Source of the DNA: a virus | Taxonomy: Duplodnaviria > Caudoviricetes | Direction: 5' to 3' (one strand) | IMG/VR virus record: IMGVR_UViG_3300025097_000021 | Location: 1 to 37,091 of that record | Length of the DNA stretch: 37,091 nt | Shown here: one piece after another, positions 1 to 8,069 of the stretch | Position numbering within the stretch: position 1 is the stretch's first letter | Layout of the letters: each line of letters starts with the position of its first letter | Made by a program: the position numbers and the translations under genes | The notes under the pieces: model-generated | The model's database searches: none | What the model saw: the letters and a program-made list of their open reading frames with translations, nothing else | What the model was told of the DNA's origin: nothing

Positions 1-50
1 CTAGTGGCTACTACGCATTATGTACTAAAAATTTAGCGGAGTATGGATAA
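1..50 (+). CDS. 3' end of tail-accessory (SPRY/ConA-like) protein, partial
   Basis: Reads (P)SGYYALCTKNLAEYG-stop. The PSGY-x-ALCT-x-NL ending is typical of marine phage lectin-like tail proteins. Confidence 0.55.
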   Translation, partial: SGYYALCTKNLAEYG

Positions 51-81
51 TGGCTTTTAACAAGTTAAAAGGAATATAAAT

Positions 82-1074
82 ATGGCTTATACAACAATAG
101 ACGATCCAGAAGCATATTTTCAGGTTAAGGCTTATACTGGAAACAATACAACTGATACTGCTATTACTTTAGATGGTGATAATGATCTACAACCAGATTT
201 TGTTTGGATTAAATGTAGAAGTTCAGCAAATTCATCTGCGTTATTTAATTCAGTAGTTGGTGACGATTATCATTTAGTTTCAAATACAACTGCCGCTCAA
301 GCTGGAGACGGCTCATATTTTAAATCATTTGATTCTGATGGTTTCACACTAGGCACAGGCGGTCAAGTAAATGATAGTGGAGATACCTATGTAGCTTGGT
401 GCTGGAAAGAATCTGCAACTGCTGGGTTTGATATAATTTCATATACAGGAGATGGTAGTGATAGAGATTTATCACACTCACTTTCGGCTTCTCCTGAATT
501 TATAATAATAAAACAAAGATCAGGAACACAAGATTGGAGTACACAATCAACAGCATTAGGTTTAGCAAACTATGTAATATTAAACGGCACTAATGCTAGT
601 GCTGGTACATCTGGAGCTTTAGTTGATGCGGTTAGTTCTTCAACAATATCAGTAGATGATAATGCTTATGTTAATGAAAACACAAGCACTTACATAGGAT
701 ATTTATGGAGAAGTGTTCAGGGATTTTCAGCTATGGGAAAATACACAGGAAATGGAAATGCTGATGGAGCATTTATTTACACAGGATTCCGACCAGCTTA
801 TATTATGATAAGAGATACAGGTAATGCAGAAAATTGGTTTTTATTTGATAATAAAAGAGATGGATATAATGTTAATAAAGTTCTTTTATATGCAAATACT
901 ATAACTGCAGATACTACAACTGGTGCAAACCAAATAGACCTACTTTCAAATGGCTTTAAATGTAGATCTACTGATAATGGTACAAATAGAAGTGGTGCAA
1001 CAGGATTTATTTACATGGCTTTCGCAGAAGCACCATTCGTAAATTCTAATGGAGTACCTTGTAATGCTCGTTAA
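82..1074 (+). CDS. Tail-associated beta-rich protein (DUF7483-like, repeated YTGNG/YTGDG motifs)
   Basis: 330 aa with YTGNN/YTGDG/YTGNG repeats, PDFVWIK, YVAWCW, FIYTGFRPA and IYMAFAE motifs. AAGGA SD upstream. Confidence 0.7.
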   Translation: MAYTTIDDPEAYFQVKAYTGNNTTDTAITLDGDNDLQPDFVWIKCRSSANSSALFNSVVGDDYHLVSNTTAAQAGDGSYFKSFDSDGFTLGTGGQVNDSGDTYVAWCWKESATAGFDIISYTGDGSDRDLSHSLSASPEFIIIKQRSGTQDWSTQSTALGLANYVILNGTNASAGTSGALVDAVSSSTISVDDNAYVNENTSTYIGYLWRSVQGFSAMGKYTGNGNADGAFIYTGFRPAYIMIRDTGNAENWFLFDNKRDGYNVNKVLLYANTITADTTTGANQIDLLSNGFKCRSTDNGTNRSGATGFIYMAFAEAPFVNSNGVPCNAR

Positions 1075-1110
1075 TAAATTAACGAGAAGCTCCGCAGCAA
1101 GATAATTAAT

Positions 1111-1332
1111 ATGAATTTTATTCTCACTATGATTCTTTGTAGTGGCGTTTCCTTAACTTGTTTACCACCATATCAAGTTATAGATACTTTCTATGAAGAT
1201 CAATACTCCTGCTTACTAAAAGGTTATGAAAAATCTATTGAACAAATGGAAAAGATAGGTAGAGTTGTTATTAATGAAAATAAATTATTTATAAAATTTT
1301 ATTGCATACCAGAGAAAAAAATTGATGCCTAG
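1111..1332 (+). CDS. Small secreted/membrane Cys-containing protein
   Basis: Hydrophobic N-terminus and 4 Cys; 73 aa ORF in the operon. Confidence 0.55.
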   Translation: MNFILTMILCSGVSLTCLPPYQVIDTFYEDQYSCLLKGYEKSIEQMEKIGRVVINENKLFIKFYCIPEKKIDA

Positions 1333-1570
1333 AAAAAAAATTATAACATCAAAAGAATTTAGTGAAATGTCTACAGGTCTTAGACTTTCTACTCACGAAA
1401 AAGTATGTGCTGAAAGAATGAAAACTTTATTCAAAGCAATAGATGAAATGAGAATAGAAGTAAAACAATTAAGAAATGATGTAAGTAAAGGCAAGGGAGC
1501 AATTAATTTACTTATTCTATTAGGAGGTCTAGCAGGGATTATACTAGGCTTTCTAAAGTGGAATGGCTAG
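1322..1570 (+). CDS. Coiled-coil protein with C-terminal TM helix (possible lysis accessory)
   Basis: HEKVCAER motif, heptad-like middle and LLILLGGLAGIILGFL TM segment. Confidence 0.6.
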   Translation: MMPRKKIITSKEFSEMSTGLRLSTHEKVCAERMKTLFKAIDEMRIEVKQLRNDVSKGKGAINLLILLGGLAGIILGFLKWNG

Positions 1571-1868
1571 GCGTAAAAAAGCAGTAGCTGGTTTAATGAG
1601 TGAGCTTTCTGCACAACTTAATATTGCAAAAGACCCTAATATCCTAGTATTTACACCACTTGGTGGACTTGGACCGATAGATATTGTTACTTTAAATATG
1701 TCTACAGGAGAGTATACTGCTTATGATGTTAAGTCTAAAAATTTTAGAAAACAAGACTATACAGCAAAAGATGGTTATAAAAGAAAAACCAAAGGAACTC
1801 TTATTGCCAGGCAAACCACTAAAGAACAAAAAAAACTAAAGGTAAAAATCCTATATGCAACCATTTAA
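1563..1868 (+). CDS. PD-(D/E)XK-like small nuclease (resolvase-like)
   Basis: E...GPIDIV...YDVKS arrangement and basic C-terminus. Confidence 0.5.
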   Translation: MARRKKAVAGLMSELSAQLNIAKDPNILVFTPLGGLGPIDIVTLNMSTGEYTAYDVKSKNFRKQDYTAKDGYKRKTKGTLIARQTTKEQKKLKVKILYATI

Positions 1869-2076
1869 AGGCTCAGATCCTAGTGAAATTCTAAATGAAT
1901 ATAAAGACCAAGTTAGAATATTAAAGCAACAGATAGCAGAACTTGAGGATGCCGGTAAATCTAAGGATGCAGCAAACAAAAGGTGTTTGCAAAAATTAGA
2001 GTTCTGTAATAAAGATCTTGAAGATGCTTTATCTAAAATTAAAGAATTAGAGGAGAAGAAAAAAGATGCCATTTGA
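1855..2076 (+). CDS. Hypothetical coiled-coil protein
   Basis: 73 aa helical, charged ORF overlapping both neighbours. Confidence 0.55.
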   Translation: MQPFKGSDPSEILNEYKDQVRILKQQIAELEDAGKSKDAANKRCLQKLEFCNKDLEDALSKIKELEEKKKDAI

Positions 2077-2497
2077 AATGATAACAATGCTAGGCTCTAC
2101 TGTACTTGGTGGAGTAATGAGCATCTGGTCGCAAAGCATTAAAGCAAAGCAAGCAGAACAAAAGATGCTATTGGCTAGAGCTGAAGTACAACAAAAAGGT
2201 TTTAAAGAAGCAAGAGAATATGGTAATGAAGGCTTCCAATGGACTAGAAGAATTATAGCATTAACTGCTGTTTTTGCGATAGTATTATTACCAAAACTAA
2301 TGCCAGTATTACAACCAGATGTAACTGTAATTGTAGGATATTTAGAATTTAAACCTGCTTTCTTTTTTTTACCTGAAAAAGAAATAATGAAATGGGTAAC
2401 ACTATCTTCTAATAGTTTAGTTATTACACCATTAGATACTAATTTAGTTTCAGCTATTATTGGTTTATATTTTGGTGGTTCATTAGTTAAAAAATAA
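2066..2497 (+). CDS. Membrane protein, putative holin (about 3 hydrophobic segments)
   Basis: Hydrophobic N-terminus, IIALTAVFAIVLL and VSAIIGLYFGG segments. GGAG SD. Confidence 0.55.
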   Translation: MPFEMITMLGSTVLGGVMSIWSQSIKAKQAEQKMLLARAEVQQKGFKEAREYGNEGFQWTRRIIALTAVFAIVLLPKLMPVLQPDVTVIVGYLEFKPAFFFLPEKEIMKWVTLSSNSLVITPLDTNLVSAIIGLYFGGSLVKK

Positions 2498-2709
2498 TGA
2501 CCATAGCAGATTTTGATCCAAGGCTTATTACTCAATATAATGAGCCAAGATTTTTAATTCATTTTCAATGGGGAAATTCTGAAAAAGTATATAGATATGC
2601 TCTAGTTGAATCAATGGAAGTACCTGAAATTGATCAAGATACAAAACAAAAAAAAGATGAAACTAATCTATCTCAAAAAGAAATATGGGAAAAAAAATAT
2701 AAAAAATAA
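2497..2709 (+). CDS. Hypothetical protein, apparent paralog of 22144-22344
   Basis: IHF...VYRYALV...DTKQ motif; TAATG translational coupling. Confidence 0.6.
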   Translation: MTIADFDPRLITQYNEPRFLIHFQWGNSEKVYRYALVESMEVPEIDQDTKQKKDETNLSQKEIWEKKYKK

Positions 2710-2837
2710 TGGCAAAAAAGGGAACATTTGGAGTTAATACCTATCAAGAGAGAAGTAAAAAGAAGATTGGTCGCCACAAAAAAAACTTAAACAAGAGTGA
2801 AAAACCACATAAAAAATATCGTGGACAGGGTAGATAA
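2709..2837 (+). CDS. Small basic protein ending YRGQGR (not in supplied ORF track)
   Basis: Manual translation MAKKGTFGVNTYQERSKKKIGRHKKNLNKSEKPHKKYRGQGR; TAATG coupling to the upstream ORF. Confidence 0.6.
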   Translation: MAKKGTFGVNTYQERSKKKIGRHKKNLNKSEKPHKKYRGQGR

Positions 2838-2867
2838 GATAATATAAAATTCACAAGGGAGATAAAT

Positions 2868-2978
2868 ATGATGGAAAAAATTAAAAATGTTATACACGAA
2901 GTAGAACATTATTGGAATAATCACAAAAAAGTTGTGATTGTTTTCGGTATAGTTTTAGTCGTTGCAATAATTATGTAG
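2868..2978 (+). CDS. 36-aa membrane peptide (not in ORF track)
   Basis: MMEKIKNVIHEVEHYWNNHKKVVIVFGIVLVVAIIM with AAGGGAG SD. Confidence 0.55.
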   Translation: MMEKIKNVIHEVEHYWNNHKKVVIVFGIVLVVAIIM

Positions 2979-2979
2979 T

Positions 2980-3339
2980 ATGAAGGTAAGTTCTAATACT
3001 TCTGTATCAATGCCAGTCAAAAATATGATTGGAATTATCGCAGTAGTCGCTTCAGGAATCTTTGCCTACACAGAATTAACTGCCAGACTTACTTCTCTTG
3101 AGACTAGCAGAGAATTACATCAAGCAGATCTCTTAAAAAAGTCTGAGCAACTACCCACAGATCAAGAACAGTTCATCCTCCTGGAGCATATTGCTGGACA
3201 GGTTGAAGAAATAGATGAAGAGATGAAAGAAATGAGAAATAATACTGTTAATATTGACATGCTGATAAAAAATATAGACAGAATAAGAAATGATGTTGAA
3301 AAATTAAAAGATAAAGTAAGAGCTAATGGTAGTCAATAA
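2980..3339 (+). CDS. TM plus coiled-coil protein
   Basis: N-terminal TM (MIGIIAVVASGIFAY) followed by a coiled coil. Confidence 0.6.
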   Translation: MKVSSNTSVSMPVKNMIGIIAVVASGIFAYTELTARLTSLETSRELHQADLLKKSEQLPTDQEQFILLEHIAGQVEEIDEEMKEMRNNTVNIDMLIKNIDRIRNDVEKLKDKVRANGSQ

Positions 3340-3554
3340 TGATAGAGACAGTATTTGCACTTTTACTTATTATAGACCACGAAATTAAAGAACATCGTAT
3401 TCAACCCACTCTCAGTAAATGTTTAAAAGCAAAGCGTTATGCTATGAGAGATAAAAAATCTACTGATAGAGTTAATTATAAATGTATTAAATCCAAAGCT
3501 GAAATAGAGATTTACATGGGTGAAAAAAAGATTACAAAATTAATATTGGAATAA
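3339..3554 (+). CDS. Hypothetical protein
   Basis: 71 aa, TAATG-coupled, two Cys. Confidence 0.55.
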   Translation: MIETVFALLLIIDHEIKEHRIQPTLSKCLKAKRYAMRDKKSTDRVNYKCIKSKAEIEIYMGEKKITKLILE

Positions 3555-3563
3555 TAAGGTAAA

Positions 3564-3707
3564 ATGTCAAGACAGATAAAAAAATTTATAGTTAGATTGA
3601 GAATGTGGTATGCTGATGTGAGGGGTCATCATGGCAAGAGGTGGAATTATGAACCATCAGAACATTATTTAGGAAATAAAAAGAAACATGACAGAAACAA
3701 GATATAG
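3564..3707 (+). CDS. 47-aa hypothetical protein (not in ORF track)
   Basis: MSRQIKKFIVRLRMWYADVRGHHGKRWNYEPSEHYLG...; AAGGT SD. Confidence 0.5.
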   Translation: MSRQIKKFIVRLRMWYADVRGHHGKRWNYEPSEHYLGNKKKHDRNKI

Positions 3708-3721
3708 TTACAATTAATGAT

Positions 3722-3934
3722 ATGGCAAATAAAACCTGGAACAAATCTAAAGCTCTAATAATATGTGGGTGGTGCAATGTTTGTCAAAAAGAATTATTAA
3801 GTAATGAAGATGGTTGGATTGTCAACGCAGAAAAAAAACATTTTTGCCATGATGGTCGTGATGGTAGTTGCTTTGATAAATATGTTATTGAACAAAAGAA
3901 TATAGCTGAAGATGCTACTTACGAAGGTCATTAA
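3722..3934 (+). CDS. Small putative Zn-binding protein
   Basis: CGWCNVC...HFCH...SC pattern. Confidence 0.55.
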   Translation: MANKTWNKSKALIICGWCNVCQKELLSNEDGWIVNAEKKHFCHDGRDGSCFDKYVIEQKNIAEDATYEGH

Positions 3935-4020
3935 ATTAAAACCCCATTATACCATCCCAATAAAAGACAAAGTATAATCATCACTCCAAAAAACATTAAT
4001 AAAAAATATAATTGTTTCAT
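3931..4020 (-). CDS. 29-aa hydrophobic membrane peptide (not in ORF track)
   Basis: MKQLYFLLMFFGVMIILCLLLGWYNGVLI; ATGA overlap with the stop of 4017-4226. Confidence 0.45.
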   Translation of the reverse strand: MKQLYFLLMFFGVMIILCLLLGWYNGVLI

Positions 4021-4226
4021 GCTTTACAATTAAATTGTGTGAGATTTTTTTTCCATTTTCTATAATCTTTAATCCATTCATTAGTATCTTTTTTTGTAGG
4101 TTTTTGATTGTCTTTATAAAATTTATAAAAACCTTTATCTTTAAAATATTTGGCTATTTCAGGTGCAGAAACTTGATCTGATTTAATACAATCTAGTATA
4201 TCTTGGTAATCTTTTTTTTTAACCAT
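4017..4226 (-). CDS. Hypothetical protein
   Basis: 69 aa, coupled to the upstream ORF; CIKSDQVSA motif. Confidence 0.55.
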   Translation of the reverse strand: MVKKKDYQDILDCIKSDQVSAPEIAKYFKDKGFYKFYKDNQKPTKKDTNEWIKDYRKWKKNLTQFNCKA

Positions 4227-4714
4227 TAAGTAATAGTTGCTTTCAATTCCTCAAACTCTTTCCATAAAGTTTGCTCTGGCGACCAAAATCTTTGTTTATT
4301 ATTTTTCATTTTAATAGAATGTAAAACTGTGGTATGATCATTGCCAAAAATTTTACCTATTGTAGTTAAACTCATATTAAATTTTTCAGATAATAAATTA
4401 AATATTATATTTCTAGTTCTACATATATCTTGTCTACGAGATTTAATTATCATCAATTCTTTTTTATTAACTTCATAGCGTACACAAACTTTATTTATAA
4501 TACTTTCAATAACTGATTGAGTTGGCTTTCCAAAAGAATATCCAACAATTCTTTTTGGTGTGTATTGTTTTCTATTTTTTTTACTATGATCTCTAGCAAG
4601 TATATAACCATTTCTAAAACCATTTTTATAAATAGCTTTTTCTCTTATACTTAAATCTTGATACATTCCTGCTTTCATAGCAAGTTTTATCTCTTTGTGG
4701 AAGTTTTTGGTCAT
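4226..4714 (-). CDS. DnaA C-terminal (domain IV) HTH-containing protein
   Basis: SRRQDICRTRNI...SLTTIGKIFGNDHTTVLHS matches the DnaA domain IV signature. Likely start ATG at 4714 after AGGGG. Confidence 0.75.
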   Translation of the reverse strand: MTKNFHKEIKLAMKAGMYQDLSIREKAIYKNGFRNGYILARDHSKKNRKQYTPKRIVGYSFGKPTQSVIESIINKVCVRYEVNKKELMIIKSRRQDICRTRNIIFNLLSEKFNMSLTTIGKIFGNDHTTVLHSIKMKNNKQRFWSPEQTLWKEFEELKATIT

Positions 4715-4762
4715 AGATCCCCTAGGGTTTGTTGTTGTTTTTTTCAATTATAAGTTTAATGA

Positions 4763-4924
4763 CTATCTTGTCATTAAAAGTTCTTGTGTCTGCACTACCT
4801 TACTCATTAACCTGATACTATCTTGATGATATTTTTCAGCTAGTACCTTTGCCTCCAGAAACTTTCTGTGTTTCTTTTCTTGGAGATCCCTGTACCTTTG
4901 CAGACGAGTTTTTAGCTCGTTCAT
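4763..4924 (-). CDS. 53-aa helical protein (not in ORF track)
   Basis: MNELKTRLQRYRDLQEKKHRKFLEAKVLAEKYHQDSIRLMSKVVQTQELLMTR; AAGGAG SD. Confidence 0.55.
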   Translation of the reverse strand: MNELKTRLQRYRDLQEKKHRKFLEAKVLAEKYHQDSIRLMSKVVQTQELLMTR

Positions 4925-5087
4925 CCTTCTCCTTATTCACTTTTATAAAATCAATTTTAATATCATTGATTTTTACTTCTACAAATTCCCCTATGGCTTG
5001 TGGATCTGCAGCCTTCTCAGCGTTATTAAAGCTATCAATATGAGTGAAATTAGCCTCGCCAAATTTACGCCTAATATATTTAAACAT
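4836..5087 (-). CDS. Hypothetical protein
   Basis: 83 aa ORF in the operon; its 3' tail overlaps the next ORF. Confidence 0.5.
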   Translation of the reverse strand: MFKYIRRKFGEANFTHIDSFNNAEKAADPQAIGEFVEVKINDIKIDFIKVNKEKDERAKNSSAKVQGSPRKETQKVSGGKGTS

Positions 5088-5391
5088 TTTTATCCTTTTT
5101 GTCTACTGTTTTTTTATGCAGTTCTTTAGCCATTTTTGAGTATATTTCAAGGTCATCATAGCTATCTGCTTTATATTTTTTAGTTGTTCTATATAGTTTA
5201 AGAGCCATCATAAGTTGAGCAACCTGATAAGGGTGCATATCATCTTTTAAAATATCATGTAAAATAACATTAAACATGACAGCTAATAATCTAAAATTTT
5301 CCTGATAATCGCCATAATCTTTATGACGATCTTCTACAATTTTATTTAATATTTTTTCGTTAATATCTATTGTATTCATATTGTTTTGCAA
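5080..5391 (-). CDS. DUF6378-like phage protein
   Basis: DRHKDYGD..ENF...VAQLMMALKLYR...DSYDD motif. Confidence 0.65.
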   Translation of the reverse strand: MQNNMNTIDINEKILNKIVEDRHKDYGDYQENFRLLAVMFNVILHDILKDDMHPYQVAQLMMALKLYRTTKKYKADSYDDLEIYSKMAKELHKKTVDKKDKNV

Positions 5392-5454
5392 TGAGGTGGG
5401 GAAAACAACTAAAAGAAAAAAGCCAGAAAGGATTGGCTAAAAAACCCCACCTCA
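5392..5454 (-). ncRNA. Nested stem-loop RNA element; candidate antisense (anti-SD) RNA or processing site
   Basis: Perfect 10-bp inverted repeat TGAGGTGGGG (5392-5401)/CCCCACCTCA (5445-5454) enclosing an AGCCA/TGGCT hairpin (5421-5438). The structure is directly visible; the function is inferred. Confidence 0.55.
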
Positions 5455-5470
5455 AAGTTTTACAAAAATG

Positions 5471-5794
5471 TTACCATCTTTGCGGTTTATTATTACCATA
5501 CGATTGCTGTTTTGCAAAAGGTTTTGCTACTTGAGCTGGTGCTGAACCACCTCCAGTACCGCTACTTTTTGAAGTATCGTTTGGTGTTAGTTGCACAGTA
5601 ATGTTGCCAGTTGGCTCTCCATTTTCTGCGACTTCATCAAAGGCTGCTTGATTATACCAATTATCCCCTATCTTTACACCTATTCTCCATTCTTTTCCCG
5701 GAGGAGATTTTGGATTAATAGGTGCTACATAGCTTGGATGATTGGGAGCAGACCTTTTGTTGTTGGGAGTAAGTTTTATATATATCTTATCCAT
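5471..5794 (-). CDS. Putative single-stranded DNA-binding protein (OB-fold-like)
   Basis: Located after exonuclease and annealase; beta-rich core with G/S/Q-rich flexible tail. Start ATG 5794 with AGGAG SD. Confidence 0.5.
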   Translation of the reverse strand: MDKIYIKLTPNNKRSAPNHPSYVAPINPKSPPGKEWRIGVKIGDNWYNQAAFDEVAENGEPTGNITVQLTPNDTSKSSGTGGGSAPAQVAKPFAKQQSYGNNKPQRW

Positions 5795-6395
5795 TTTGCT
5801 TTGCTCCTGTTTGTAGTTTAATCTTCCTGTTTTCATAATGATTCATTAAATCTTTATATGTTGCAGGATGATTTTTGATTGCATCATTAAATTCATTTTT
5901 AAACTCTACATCTTTAAGATATTTTAATCTTGAAAGGTGCATAGCTGCATCAATGTTTCTAATGACTGATTTTACTGAAGTTACCTTTTTTTTAGGATAA
6001 TTAATTACTTCAGCACTTTGGTCTACCTTTGTATTTGGTATGTTAAGATCATCTAATTCTTCTTTTGAAGTGATGCTCTCATCCAGAATACCAAAGATAG
6101 ATAAAGCTCTTGATATAGCAAAGGATTCTGCTAGTTCCATTGCTTTAGGTTTATTGTTCCTAAATACTTTTGCATGACCGGTAGCCACTGTACCATCAGG
6201 ACTTACAATTTCTGCTTTACCAATATAGCAATCATCATAAGTCATAATATATGTTTTAATACCTAACTCTCCTGCAAATTCCTCAGTAAAAAATTTAAGT
6301 TTACTTGTGGCTTTTACAGTAGTTGTTCCATGCTCATTAATGTAAGTTCCTTCTTTTTTACATTTGTCTATTACTTTTTTTATTCTTTCTTTCAT
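5787..6395 (-). CDS. Single-strand annealing protein / recombinase (Rad52/Sak-like)
   Basis: VATGHA...AMELAESFAISRALSIFGI...SITSKEE resembles the ATGHA...ETSAVGRAL motif. Confidence 0.6.
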   Translation of the reverse strand: MKERIKKVIDKCKKEGTYINEHGTTTVKATSKLKFFTEEFAGELGIKTYIMTYDDCYIGKAEIVSPDGTVATGHAKVFRNNKPKAMELAESFAISRALSIFGILDESITSKEELDDLNIPNTKVDQSAEVINYPKKKVTSVKSVIRNIDAAMHLSRLKYLKDVEFKNEFNDAIKNHPATYKDLMNHYENRKIKLQTGAKQNG

Positions 6396-6397
6396 TT

Positions 6398-7294
6398 TTA
6401 TCCCCATAGTTGTTTGATTGTTTTTAATTGATCAGCACTTAAATCTTTCATCATCCAATGATTAAGATCAGGTTTTTCCACATATTGTGCTGCGATCTTA
6501 GGATCGCCATTACTTAGTACAAGTAATTTTTGAATTGTTTTTGCCTTGTTTAACATTTCATTATAACAATATTCTAAATGATCATCAAATAATGCAGGAT
6601 GACTATCGTCAAAAATAATGAAATCATTTTCATTTGCATAAAATAAGAATGGAGTTTTACCACTTGCAATTTTATAAAAAGCTACTTGAGTTATATTAAC
6701 CGGATCAGGTTCACTTGGTAATTTTTGTGTATAAAGTTTTATATCACCTCTATAATCTTTTGCAGTAGGTGGTTTAGTTTTACATTCTGCAAAACTTAAA
6801 TCAGTTTCAAAATCTAATCTACCGGTAACTCCTAAAGCTAAATCTTCTGGCAACATATCCACATATCTTTCACACTTTAATTCATCATCACCAAAGATAT
6901 TTTTAACAGCACTTAAAATTTGTTGGGTAGTGCCATGTAATTTATCTTTAATTTGTTCTTTGATTTGTTTGTCTCTGTCATCAAAACTTTCTTTAGTATA
7001 AAGTTTATATTCATGGTCAAATATACTATCATAATCTCTGTCTTTAATTTCCTTCCTCTCAGCACCATGAAATATATATTTACCTACTAATTTTTGAGCC
7101 ACATTACCGGTTAAACTTCCATAACCTAATTTATATTTTTTCTTATCGGCTCGTCTCTGTTTTTCAGTACGACACCAATAATCTACAATGTGCATAGCGA
7201 TTGATCTATTTCTTGATAGCTGAGAGAAAGAAAAATGTTTCAAACCCTCTCCACCTGATAGGGATTTAAGTATTTCTTCTAGTTGTTTTTTCAT
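6398..7294 (-). CDS. PD-(D/E)XK exonuclease (Cas4/RecB-like)
   Basis: HFSFSQL N-terminus, CE...GRLDF...ECKT and QVAFY motifs. Confidence 0.7.
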   Translation of the reverse strand: MKKQLEEILKSLSGGEGLKHFSFSQLSRNRSIAMHIVDYWCRTEKQRRADKKKYKLGYGSLTGNVAQKLVGKYIFHGAERKEIKDRDYDSIFDHEYKLYTKESFDDRDKQIKEQIKDKLHGTTQQILSAVKNIFGDDELKCERYVDMLPEDLALGVTGRLDFETDLSFAECKTKPPTAKDYRGDIKLYTQKLPSEPDPVNITQVAFYKIASGKTPFLFYANENDFIIFDDSHPALFDDHLEYCYNEMLNKAKTIQKLLVLSNGDPKIAAQYVEKPDLNHWMMKDLSADQLKTIKQLWG

Positions 7295-7423
7295 TTATTT
7301 CCTTTTTGTTGTTCCATTCTTTATATATTATTTCACCATATTGTCTACTATTATTTTATTATTTTCTTGCTTTAAATAACCGCTATGGTAATAGGTATTC
7401 TTCTGCAACAATAGGAGAAAAAT
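7295..7423. promoter_or_regulatory. Divergent promoter region between recombination operon and cro-like gene
   Basis: Leftward TAGACA-N16-TATAAA. Rightward TTGCTT followed by the near-palindrome TAACCGCTATGGTAA. TATGGT lies in both promoters. Confidence 0.45.
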
Positions 7424-7645
7424 ATGACATTAAAGGAATGGATAGCTAAAAATCACTATAGCTATTCTCAAACCGCACAAAAATTTGGTATCATAAATAT
7501 TAATCCTGCTACCAATATTCAAAGGTATGCAAAAGGAGAACGAATACCACATCCAAAAGTAATGAAGAAGATTTTTGATGGTACAAAAAAACAAGTTCAA
7601 CCTAATGATTTTTATGAAGAATACTGGCAAAGAGAACAACTTTAA
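7424..7645 (+). CDS. Cro/XRE-family HTH regulator
   Basis: MTLKEWI...SYSQTAQKFGI...NIQRYAKGERIP...VQPNDF; AGGAG SD. Confidence 0.8.
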   Translation: MTLKEWIAKNHYSYSQTAQKFGIININPATNIQRYAKGERIPHPKVMKKIFDGTKKQVQPNDFYEEYWQREQL

Positions 7646-7886
7646 ATACGATAAAGTTAAGATAACCTGGTGGGACATTTGCACTTGCGAAGAGGCATGG
7701 GTAGGTGAAGATGATATATTAGACCACGATATATCTGTTTGTTCTGATGTTGGTTATATCTATAAAAAAACTAGAGATAAATTGTGGCTATTTACATCTT
7801 ATTCTGAAGATGAAAATGGAATGGATGTAGGAAATTTAACTTGCTATCCAAGACAAGTTGTTAAAAAGATTGAGGTGTTAAAATGA
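7575..7886 (+). CDS. Conserved phage hypothetical protein
   Basis: VKITWWD...VGY...YPRQVVKKIE pattern. True start probably near 7605-7614. Confidence 0.55.
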   Translation: MMVQKNKFNLMIFMKNTGKENNFKYDKVKITWWDICTCEEAWVGEDDILDHDISVCSDVGYIYKKTRDKLWLFTSYSEDENGMDVGNLTCYPRQVVKKIEVLK

Positions 7887-8056
7887 CAAATGTTGGTATG
7901 TTTGAGGAGATAGATTTAAGCCATAAATTCAGAAAATTAAAAAAGGAAAATAAAAAACTAATAAGCGAGATTGAAAAACTTAAAAGACATGTATTAGACC
8001 TTGAGAGAATAATAGAAGAAAAAGACAACGAGATTATAATAATTAAGAATAGATAA
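7883..8056 (+). CDS. 57-aa coiled-coil protein (not in ORF track)
   Basis: MTNVGMFEEIDLSHKFRKLKKENKKLISEIEKLKRH...; GAGG SD and ATGA coupling. Confidence 0.55.
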   Translation: MTNVGMFEEIDLSHKFRKLKKENKKLISEIEKLKRHVLDLERIIEEKDNEIIIIKNR

Positions 8057-8069
8057 TAAAGGAGTAAGT

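Noticed and set aside
6398-7294. Cas4 as part of a CRISPR system
   Set aside because: Context (annealase, SSB-like) indicates an ordinary phage recombination exonuclease.
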